In this document: piece by piece, positions 14,201 through 25,767 of the stretch
Numbering within the stretch: position 1 is the first letter of the stretch
Layout: each line of letters starts with the position of its first letter
Notes under the pieces: generated by a model
Told to the model about the DNA's origin: nothing
Seen by the model: only the letters and a program-made list of their open reading frames with translations
Database searches by the model: none
Translations under genes and position numbers: made by a program
Assembly (NCBI RefSeq): GCF_964355755.1
Contig: NC_092670.1
Span: 17,346,795-17,410,794 of the forward strand
Direction: 5' to 3'
Origin: Antedon mediterranea
Taxonomy: Eukaryota > Animalia > Echinodermata
DNA: 64,000 nucleotides

Positions 14201-15877
14201 ACTCTGTGTTTGGCCATTAGTAAAACCCTCGCTACTATGTGCAATTCATCGTAAGATTTATAGGGCATTTAAGCTTCTTTATATAAAGCTCTGTCTACAC
14301 TATCAAACTAGTAAGGTGTGATGTGCCCAAATATGGTAGTGACATGCCCAAATATGGTAGTGATATGACATCAGTCAGCATGTCCATAATTATATGGGCA
14401 CATCACATTATTTTGGTTTGAGCTTACAGATATAAATAATCTCTCAAAAGTGACTTTCTGTGAGACAATCAACCCATTTATTTCATTTTCATTTCATTTC
14501 ATTTATTTCGTCTCACATACTTATAACAAAAAATAACAAACAAAAGAGAGAGACAGGATTCCCAAAAGCGAACTAAATCAAACTATCAAGTGGGTCTCCA
14601 AAAATTTTTTGTGTACGGTATTGCAGCATGGATGTCCGCAAACAATCTCAGAAACATTTAGTAATGAAAAGAAATGTGTTAAGTACTCAAAATAGGAAGA
14701 AGGTTAAATCTGAAAGGCAGACAAAAGTTGTTTTGCATTAAAAAGTAGAACACACGCAATAGGAAATAATAACGGCAGCACATTTCCTAACATAAATATA
14801 TTAGTGTTTATCTACCACTTCTCTTTAAATTCCACACATGTCATTGTTAACTTGTGGTTCACTGAGCATAGATACTATCAAAATGAAGCTCGTTATCAGT
14901 TTGGTACTTGTCCGTGTCTACTCCTCTAACGGTTTCATTAAATGTAACGATGATTGCCTCGTTCAATCAATTTCTTTTCACCTTCAAATAAAGTGTGGAC
15001 AGAATCCATCTACAGTTTTGTAATGAAGACACTGTACAATGCCAATAGCAAGTCATTTCTGAATTCAATGGCAAAGCTTAATTGTAATCCATCTAATGAA
15101 TATGTTTGTTGGTTAATAAAAAGAGTAAAGATTAAGAATTTGGATTTCCACCAGGGCAGATTTACAGGGCTGACATTGTTTAAAAAAAAATTAGTGTATT
15201 AATAAAGTGTATTTGTATGTTTTGTCAGTCCTGGATGCCAGTCCTGATTTTCTCTACAAGATTTTCATGAGTAAATAAATATTAAAATAGGTTAATTTCA
15301 GCTAATTATTCACTATTTTTTAAGCCCATCTCCAAGACTGATGATATCCAAACATGTATGTGGAACATACTATAGATGCACTGATCACGATTAAGTGACA
15401 AGAGAAACCTAAATCCAAATTATGAGAGGAAAATGACAATTGAATTTGATTTGTAAACTAAAAGTTAGCATACCACAAGTTATTGATATAATATTAACAA
15501 ACCAGGTCTACAAATCTTACATTCAACTCGGCATCATTAATAAGAAGAATGACGAGATTATAATGTAATCAAAAGACTTATGAGATTCTATAGCAATTAT
15601 TACTGTCATGGATAAATTCATGTCTTGGTAAGAAAACACTAAGAAGGATTATTCTTTGTTGTTAATAGAAGATATACATTGCTGAGTATCATAATTGAAA
15701 CAAACAAGATTTACTTAACAACAGCACAATGTACTAGACAGCAACATGTTACTCGCCAACATGTTATTTAGCTGGCATAACTGTGTCTAGTGTATAGTGT
15801 TTGTGTGTTTGTAAAGCAGATTCGCAATGTCTCAATAACACTAAAGGCTTGATTGATTGATTTAGTTAGTTCGTACT

Positions 15878-16210
15878 ATCAAAACTTACAATAGTTGTCT
15901 CTTAGACACGGCAGACTGGGGCTAATACTAAATGAAGTCAAAACTTACAGTAGTTGTCTCTTAGACACGGCAGACTGGGGCTATTACTAAATGAAGTCAA
16001 AACTTACAGTAGTTGTCTCTTAGACACAGCAGGCTGGGGCTATTACTATTAAAATAAAGTCTTTTGTCACGGCAGACTGGGGCTAATACTAAATGAAATC
16101 AAAACGTACAGTAGTTGTCCTGGCAGATTAGGCCTATTACTAAATGAAGTCAAAACATAAAGTAGTTGTCTTTAGACATGCCAAACTGAGACTAGATTAC
16201 TAAAAATAAG
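15878..16210. repeat. Minisatellite, about 59-bp unit, about 5 degenerate copies
   Basis: tcaaaacttacagtagttgtctcttagacacggcagactggggctattactaaatgaag repeated. Confidence 0.85.
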
Positions 16211-18190
16211 TTGGGACTAATTTTCAGTAGATATGGTATTCTGCGGCTATCTGGGGAGTTATCAACAACTCTCTATTACTAAATTGAGTCGGAAGTCCAA
16301 TAAGCCTGAAATAAAATATCTGTAAAAATACAGTTGCACTAGCGTAACATGAATGATGAATTTAAATAGTAGTTGCACAATAGATATACTAGGCCCTACC
16401 CTGAAAACAAATATCTGTAATACAATGTATTACATAACCCTGACAGCAAAAATAGCTGTACAACATTCATAAACTATCAGAACAAACAGATTGAACCCAA
16501 TTATTATTATGTAAACATGCATGAAGCAAAATTGCAAGCATGGTCAGCAAAGCGATGATTTGAGCATGCTCAGTGCAAACCCCACAGGCCTACATCTAAT
16601 TTATGAAATGTATGCATCATACACAATTATTATATACAGTATAGAAACATGTATAAATCTTGTTTAAATGAGCCATTTTAATATTGTTGGTGAAATATTT
16701 ATTTCGCTTTAAAATATCTATAGTAGAGTTTAGAAATTTACTTTTTAATCAATTGGAAAACATTTGATAGCTGCAAAATCAGCAACCAGCAAGCAAGTAA
16801 GCATTATGGGCAATTAATTTTATTAAAAAATAAGTAAAATATAAAAATTGGTAGATTAAGATAGACCAAAAAAGTGTTTACAACAAGTATTACAGCCAGC
16901 AAACATTTTAAACTACTGTAGCAACCGTTATGAAAATTTACTATCTAGTGAATTTTGAGCCCTGTGATGTAACAATTGTACTGTCAAATCTGTCACCAAT
17001 ACTGCTCCTGTAAGAACACTAAACATTTTTTTCTGTGTATTGATCATGAAGCAGATGTATTTTAATACATTGATACATTTCAGGAAACTAAACGAAAACA
17101 TAAGTAGATGACAGACTGATAATAATAATTATATTTCATAAAAATAATTACGGTATTATTCATTATTATAAAAAAAAATTATTTAAAATATTACAATATT
17201 CATGTATAAGTTTTAAAAAAATTCAGAGTGTGATGATGTGTTAACTGGGTTAGGTTTGCATCAAACAAACAATAAAGTCGCAATTATTACCCAATTAATA
17301 ATCGAATAAAAAATGACATGTTGTTTGTTTTTCGGAGCTAAGATTAAAATATCAAATATATATATATATACTGTAGTATTAATATAAAACACAACACATG
17401 AATTAACTAAAAATTAATGAATTCATGGGCACATCACATGTTTTTGTCACATAGAGTTTGATAGTGTAGACAGAGCTTAACATTACAAAATTATGTAATG
17501 CTAAACTAAAAATAAAAGTTTATAAAAATCCATGTTTGTACTTGTGAGGACCAAAAACCAGTGCGATGTGCCCAAAAATGGTAGTGATATGACATCATTG
17601 TGTCCATATATGGGCACATCACAAAAACCAACCAATTAGGAAAATAAATTGGACAAAATGTAATTATTTTGTTGCCATAAAAAAAGTTGATTAATGAAAT
17701 TGTCTAAATTTCATAAACTTATCTACGAGCAAACACATACAAGATGAAATAAGACAGTTGCTATTTGCGTAAAAAACAAGAATCCAACAAAGATATTGTG
17801 TTGCGACTGTTTGCAGAAAACACTTAATTTACAAGAAACTTAACATTGTGTACACACACATACCGCGATAGGTTAATTAGCATATAAGTTTTATTTTTAA
17901 CTTGTTTGTTTGCCGACTTGTTTGCTGCCAAATGCTAGCACTCTTTAAACATGATATTGGTTATATTTGCCGCACTAAATAAATTATGAAAGCTTGCTAT
18001 AATTAATGACATGAGTTAATTTTCAAGGTGATCAGGTTGAAGCTAATATTTGTACATGAATGCTGATGAGACATATTTATAAGGTAAACATTAATTTCAG
18101 TGAGATTAATGTTCTTTAATGTTACAGAAGCAAGATTATGTGTTTTGACTTTTAATCTTTTCTTAGTCACAAACAATGTTCTGACATCTT

Positions 18191-18577
18191 AAGCCTGGCG
18201 CACACTAGAGCTTTCGGCTGAGCCAACTGGCACGACGAGTAGCACTTTGCTCACAGTGTGCGCAGGGGAATTCGTGAGGAATCGGCCATGCTTGCCGCTG
18301 AGGAAAATATCTATTGTGTTTAATAGTTTTTGGCACGCATGACATTTTCCTCAAGTTTGCGCCGAACGTGAGCAAATAGCTCACTAAAAAATTTGCATGA
18401 CATGTTCTGATTTATTATGTCAGTGCGTCCCGTATAGCGCAGTAAGTAATTATCCAATCAGAAAAATTTAGTGTGCGTCCGATAGAACACAATCACAGGT
18501 TGCGGCAAATTGTTTTGTGAGCCAAGTGTTACTCGTGCCAGTTGGCTTAGACGAAGGCTCTAGGGTGCGCCGGGTTT
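18191..18577. mobile_element. MITE family C with about 45-bp TIRs
   Basis: AGCCTGGCGCACACTAGAGCTTTCGGCTGAGCCAACTGGCACGA mirrored by TCGTGCCAGTTGGCTTAGACGAAGGCTCTAGGGTGCGCCGGGTT. Confidence 0.8.
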
Positions 18578-18916
18578 CAGGAATATTTAGGTTACCCATG
18601 GAGATACAGTATTTATACCGTCATGGTTACCTATGAAAAAAGAAACTAATAAACTAAAGTGTAAATTTGAAAAACTATGTTAAATTTATACTGTTTATAT
18701 GGTTCATAAATATGATGAAATACTATCAAACAATAAGGAAAAGTGTTCATTAATAAGTCTAAGTTTTCAGAACAAGCTAGCCTGAAGGAATGATGATCTA
18801 TGGAAAAGAAATGATATATGGAAAAAGAATGATGATCTATGGAAAAGGAATGATGATTTATGGAAAGGACTGAACTGTATGAGATTGAGATGTGTAGTTG
18901 ATGGCCTAAGACATAA

Positions 18917-19121
18917 AGCTTGGTTCCCACTAGGATGTAAGAACAAGTATTTGAAATAATCACCGTGGCATGTATCTATCCCATGGTAAATTGCTTGTGT
19001 TGATGAAATGTTGGTAAGTTTCACCTATTTCTGATCTGGTTCAACACCAAAGAACAATTCTCAAAAATATTGTGTTGTGATTGCAAGCCTGCATTTAGTC
19101 CTACTAGTGAGAACCAAGCTT
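18917..19121. mobile_element. Family A-type MITE
   Basis: TAA|AGCTTGGTTCCCACTAG...CTAGTGAGAACCAAGCT|TAA. Confidence 0.75.
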
Positions 19122-19317
19122 AAATAATCCCTTCACATCGCCTAGCTTAACTCTGAGGTGTAAACACTTTTTATATTGTGTTATCCTGTACAACTTTAAC
19201 TCTTTTCTGTGTTGTTATCTGTACAATGATTTCTTAGACTAAGCTTCTTTATTTGCTATGGATATATTATGTGATCATGGTATTCCAAAATAAATAAATG
19301 AATGAATGATACCTTAA

Positions 19318-22300
19318 TCATCTTCTTTCTTTGTGTTTATGTTTCTTGTGTTTTCTATCTAGGTCATGTCTGTCTCTGGATCGTGATCTACTTCTGTGTC
19401 TGCGACGATCCTTCTGTGGTTTAGTTCGATGCGGTGAAGCATTACGTTGTGGACTAGATTCGTTTGAAATTCTGCTGCTGCTTTGGCTCCCTTCACGTGA
19501 GGAATGTTTGGAAGAAATTCTAAATAAAAATATTAGAAAAAAAAAATGAAAAAGGTAAATTTATTTGCACGATTTGGTTAAATGCCCAACCAGCAAGAGT
19601 TTAGAATGTTCAATTCGCCTAGTGGAAAACAGGCTTTAGACATTTTTTCCAGACTTGATACTGAATGAAGAAATTCTATATTAAAAATATTTCAAATAAA
19701 TTAATTACAACACAGATAATACAGATATATTAATATCTCATCTATTTTTTTTCAATCTATTTTTTGCAATGCAAAAATGCAACCTATCAGAGGTCAGGAA
19801 TGTTTGATTCGCCTCGTGGAAAACATGATTTAGAAACTTTATCCAACACAACACCGTTCGGCGCATTCCTAAACCTTTCCATTATGATTTTTCTGCATTG
19901 TACACAACAAATATTATTTATCACCATACTTAAGTTACATGTAAACTCAATAGTGATTATATGTAAGGTAATTAAAATGACAAATTTAGAGCAATTCATG
20001 ATCAATCAATGTATCATTAAATCTTCCGACACATTATTCCAAAACTCAAAGTTAAGTAAACACCTAATAAAAACATAAAAATCAATGTTATTAACATAAG
20101 TATGAAATGTCAACACATGATTCCTTTCTAACGGATGACATCAATTCAATAACTCTGCAATGACCCACTTTCACATAGTTAGAAAGTAGTGCAATTATTG
20201 TTGCCTAACATCATCAGAAAAGCATTTATTACGTACAGTACAGTTGTCCAATAACTGTATAGTGCTCCACATTAAACTATCATTTCATTTATTCCACATT
20301 TATTTAGTCATCATAATTGCAATACAACTGATAACAATGATCCTGCATAAAAAAGCTGTAGCTTCGTTTTTTTTGTAGAACCCTTTTACATAAGAAAAAT
20401 ATAAGTAAATAGAACTTGGATAAAACAGTCATTTCCCATAAACAAAGGTGTTGTTAATCGGCATATAGTGATAAAAAGTATTTTTTGACCTGTTTTTTTA
20501 TACATATTTTGTTTCTTTAAAATAACCCGTTTATTATCACCATAACAGTTTAAGAAAGCTTACAGATAAGCAAACCAGCCCATAAAATCATTCTTTTTGT
20601 ATTGAAATCATTGTACACTATGAATATTAATTCAATGGAACGTTACAACAGACGTATGAACATGAAGATAATACACACAAACTAAGCAAAAATATCATTT
20701 GATTATCTCATTTTGAAATACATTACTTTCGTGTCACCACTACTGTATTCCATGCAGCAACATTTTCTTTACACAACACACTATTGGACTACACGGCTGT
20801 TGTGTCAACAAGTCATTCTGCAAATGCTCATGAGTCATCATATGTTTCTGAGCATGTGCAGAATAACTGAAATCTTTTATAAGAAATTAGATTAAATGAG
20901 CATACCTTTCCGTACTGGCCTTTCTCCTATCTTGTTCTCCATCATTATTCTCCTCTATTTTATTTCTAGTATTCAGTTCAAACAAATCCTCCATTTGTGA
21001 GTCTATAACCTCTCTTAAAATCTATACAAATAAATAAAGTAGCTCTTTAGTATCTGATGAGGAATTGTTTATGTGTACAATATAAATACAGAACTTTGTT
21101 ACTCTATTCATAGAGATATTATAGTTCACTATAATATCTCTATGCTCTATTTTATAATGTCTAGCTAGAAACTTTTTAATTAAATTTAAATTGCTCTCAA
21201 CATTTTGAGACTATATTAGTTTTGTTTCCATCAATTCACTTAAAATTGTTTTTAACTAGACAAATCTGTCATATTTTATTGTCTAAAATTTCAATTCCTA
21301 AAATCACTAATCTTGATCAATTTAAGGAGATCATTTCAAATTAATAAGCCACTGCTCTTTGTCAGACAGGCGTATTTAAGAAGAAAATCAGTACCAAGTA
21401 AGTAAGTATTATCTTGCATTGGTAGATAATTTATGTCAATTATGATGAGTTTAAATCCTTGAAAAGCAGTTTGGTCACACTCATACCAACCTCTGTCTGT
21501 GATTTCTTGTTTGACGTCACTCCTTTGGACTTGCCTTTGTAGGTCTGCCGACGCCTCTTGTAATCCCGCTGAGCTGCGAGGAGTTCTAAATACGTTGTCG
21601 GCTCTTTCTTTTCTTCTGTAGAAAGCAATAAATTTATATAAGTTTAGCTAATTGAGTCACAGGTACTATAAATAAATGCAATTCACCAGTAATACCGAGA
21701 CCTAATTGTTAATGTCAAAGGTCATCTACTTAGTGTTTGTTTACAAATCTGAATGGTTCTATAAAAATATCAATGATTTACCTTTCAACTGCAGTAGTGG
21801 GTCAGAGGTCAAATCAACACTTATTACATTGTCACTTCGCACTTTCTTAGCAACCTTCACAACATGGTCGTGGATGAGTGCTCTTTCATGCGGTGTCAGG
21901 TTGGTGACCTCTCGTTCTGCTGTCAAAGCAACTGGCTTTTGGGAATAAACACCTAAAAGAGGATAAAAACATTGATGTTTATTGCAAGAGTCTTAAGCTC
22001 TATGTGATAAACAAATGTGATGTGCCCATATATGGACACATTGACATCATATCACTACCATATTTGTGCACATCACACTTTTTTTGTCAAACTAGTTTAA
22101 TAGTGCAGATAGAGCTTTAGCAATATTGTGTTTCTTTCCATGTCTTTTTAATAAAAGTCAAATTTTCCAAATTTTCAATGACTCATTGTAAAGTGTCTTA
22201 AGCTCTGACTACACTATCAAACAAATGTGACAAACAAATGTGGTGTGCGCCCATATGGACATGTTGACATCATATCACTACTATATTTGAGCTAATCACA

Positions 22301-24804
22301 CTTTTTTGTCAAACTAGTTTGATAGTGTAGATAGATCTTTAGTAATATTATGTTTCTTTCCATTTCTTTTAAATGAAAGTCAAATTTTCCATGATTTTCC
22401 CAATGTTCAATGACCTGTGTTTAAACACAACATGTTTCTATTTCAGGACAGAAAGGACAGAGAGAGTAATATAGCAAAGTACAGACTGGAAACCAATAAC
22501 TTTTTAACACTACCATCACTTGATTCTTAGGTACTTGACATGAAACAAAGAAGTTCAACCCACAATCCCGGAGAGAACAAAGCATAATATGATACAACAC
22601 ACTCTTTATTGTCAAACAGATTACTACAGTACTATTAAGTTTGAGATACATTTTGTATTGTTCACTCAAGTGCACAAATAATATATTTTTAAAAAGTACA
22701 ATCAAAAGAACGAGGAAATCAAAGAAGGTAAAGATATATAACGTAATATCTTTATTGTTTTTTTTTATAAGAAATAAATTTCATCACAAATGTTTCATCT
22801 TATCAAAATAATCCAATTACATTTAAACATATTTCAACTGTGTTGATAGAAACGGTGTTTAAGAAAAGCAATTTTATCGAGTGGGAATCATTTTATAGAC
22901 ACACTTTGTCCATATGATGTTTGAAGACTTTACGTTATTTTTCATGGAAAATTTAAGGATACTTTATTATTTTTTCTTTAATAAAATAGAATAAAAACCC
23001 AAGACAAGCAGCTACACTTGATGGTTTACTGAAGTAAGTTCTATTTAGGATGCTCTACACAAACAAAGTTGTTCTGTTATAAAAACCCTAGAATCTTAAG
23101 ATTTGAACCCAGGACCCAAGGATCGGTAGTCAAGCACCAAGGAGATAAATGTTGCTCTTTCAAAAATAAAAAAGATGTCTAAAAAATCAATTATCAGTCA
23201 AGGATACCATTAAGGATATTAGATGGTGTATGATATAATCAGAATGTGAAGAAAACAAGACGAGAGTCAACACTGTAAAGAAAAAATACAATGAATATAT
23301 TATTAAATTAACATTTCAAAGAATGTAACGAACATTCACATTATTATTAGTAATGGCCGAAAAAATTACATTAAAAAAAATAATGTGTTGTTTCATTGCT
23401 GTGAGACAAATTGGTAACATTCTGTTGACTGTTAAAACAGTAGGAGTGCTAAAATAAATTAAATTTAAATGTATAATTCTGTATACACGTTTACCTGTTC
23501 CCTGTAACAGGATATCCGATTGTAGCTTTTCATCTGAAAAATAAACAGTAGTTAAAATTAAAGTCATATTGATGATGGTTGGGTAACACAGAGACAAGAG
23601 CAAAAACACGTGTCGAGTTGTGAAGAATTCAAACACAGGTAGCAATTATTTATGAGAAATTCCATATAAGAGGCCTTTTATATATAAATAGTATTAAGCC
23701 TGGTCTACACTAACAAACTTTATGTGACAAAAAATGTGATGTGCCCATATATGGACATGATGATGTCATATCACTACCATATTTGGGAATATAACTACCA
23801 TATTTGGGCACATCACATTTGTTTTGATAGTGTAGACAGAGCTTAAACATGTTTAGGAGTAAAGCAGGATAACTAAATGATTTGTAACCAAGACCTAGAA
23901 ATTGGTAGGCAAGACATATAATCAACAACCTACAGGTCCACTCACCTAATTTAACAGACACTACATTCTTCATTTTTGAATACAACCAATCTAAAGATGA
24001 CATTTGTTCCTGAAAAAAGAAAATTAGTAGTATGTGATATTTGTTTTAATTACTATTATTTAATTACAGTATCACGGGATAAACTGTATCCTATAAAGAG
24101 TAATATCACAATGTGGTATACAGCACAAGAACTGTAACTCAGCTACTGATTGTTAAGTTGTGATACCATTTCTATACTCAATACAACCATAGACATCTTT
24201 ACCATTTCCCTTTTATTGTGACAACTTTCCACCCTGGAACACTGAATGCTTTTAGACCAGTGACTTGTTCTATTAAGGACTTTCTTGTAAAAGTCATAAT
24301 AATTTCTGGAATAGATGTTTAGACATACCTGTTCTTCCAAAGTGTAGCCGTGTTGACTTAACTGACACTGCTTAGAATGACTTTCAAGAGTCTCCTCCGA
24401 TACAAAATGATCATTATTTACTGGACACTGCACCAATGGCTTGCAGTCCTATTATAAGGAATAAAAACATTTAATTACATCGGTCTTTTAAAATTAGGGG
24501 AGGATGAGGAGAACAACAAGACAGCGTTTTCCTGCCGGCCATTGTGCACTGTCCTTCCCATTTTTAGCTTGTTCCTGAATTTGTTATCGGAATAAAATGA
24601 AAATGAAATACTGGTACTGGTATTTTAATAATTTATTTATTTATTCATTATTATATTATGATGCTGACAAACCATGGTCTTGTCGTGTGTCCAGTTTAAC
24701 TTGACCATCAGATTATCAAGTTTCGCTTCATGTTCACCAATGAATTCACTCAAATCTGAAATTATGGTTTGTCTTTCATTATCGTCTGTTTGTTGAAATT
24801 CCAT
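19318..24804 (-). CDS. SNRNP48: U11/U12 snRNP 48 kDa protein, about 322 aa; coding exons 24673-24804, 24329-24448, 23946-24009, 23495-23533, 21782-21952, 21491-21615, 20906-21021, 19318-19519
   Basis: CHHC zinc finger CPVNNDHFVSEETLESHSKQC; conserved block ELLAAQRDYKRRRQTYK...TEILREVI; R/S/K/H-rich C-terminus. All introns GT-AG with consistent phases; TGA at 19318-19320. Confidence 0.92.
23200..23219 (-). promoter_or_regulatory. USSE-like element: tandem U12-type 5' splice-site motifs ATATCCTT-AATG-GTATCCTT in the SNRNP48 intron after coding exon 4
   Basis: Plus strand AAGGATAC (23200-23207) and AAGGATAT (23212-23219) are two perfect RTATCCTT motifs on the coding strand, 53 nt downstream of a strong U2-type acceptor (TATTTTTTCTTTACAG, AG at 23274-23273). 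Confidence 0.82.
23696..23844. mobile_element. MITE family B copy in SNRNP48 intron
   Basis: Full TIRs and internal repeats; source of part of spurious ORF 23710-24003. Confidence 0.85.
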
Positions 24805-25767
24805 ATTGTCTTGTCTGTAAAATACTGCAGAAAATAAACAACTTAAAAGTTATATTAACAAATATTGATGACTAGGCTAGGCCTACTACTCTAGGCGCTA
24901 GATATTATTATTTATAAATAACAAGGCAAAGAAAATAATTAATTGAAAGAAGATTATACAGTAGGCGCCTTTTACAACATATATACAGTTAGTACGCGCT
25001 AACCTCTAGGCTAGGCCCTAGGCCTATACCTGCGACCAGCTCACACAGCAGTGACAGCAGTCGAGCGGGGTTAATGATCGGGTAGGCTATCCCGGCTAGG
25101 CCTACTGCCTGCCTGTGACACAAAACAGGCTGTGTACAGTGGTTAGCTAGCCGACTAGAGAACGAACGAAAGACCTACATTAATTCCTATGTCAGTCGAT
25201 ATTTTGATTTGTATAACATTTCTTTATATCTCATCAACTTTACACTTTGATTTTATATACGTACCTTGAAATCAAATTGTTTTTATGGTAGCGCATGTTT
25301 TTTAAATGTCGCCCTCACTTTTATCAAAGAAAAGTTCTTTGCTTTTATCAATAATGTCGCCCTCTCCAGTGTTGCAGAGATGTGGGGGTTTCCAGTACGC
25401 GATACGGGTCTGGGATTTTCCAGATCATCTGGATAATATAATATACGTATCTATCGACTATTAAGTTGAATCGCCATCTAGAACAAAAACTACCTTGTAG
25501 TTATCATCTTACTCTTTCTCCTTCATCTTATAATTATGATGCGACGCATAAACGATGATACACTATACAATACCCAGATCACCCTGTTTCAAATTTTAAT
25601 TTATAAGTACTGTATACAAGATTTTGTGATCACATGAAAAATACATTTTTCTCAATACATTAAATTATTTATATTTGACAATAATATGACATGCTCTCTG
25701 ATTTTTCAACAGAAATGTCTATTTCAGATAGTATTGAAAATTCAGTCAATTACAATACTCTGGTGTT

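Noticed and set aside
22730-22737. Single ATATCTTT (minus strand) further into the same SNRNP48 intron
   Set aside because: Isolated imperfect motif expected by chance in AT-rich DNA; not tandem.
23095-23140. tRNA-like sequence (GGTTCAAATC B-box on the minus strand); similar at about 59100-59165 and 63250-63280
   Set aside because: No complete cloverleaf; more likely decayed tRNA-derived SINE heads.
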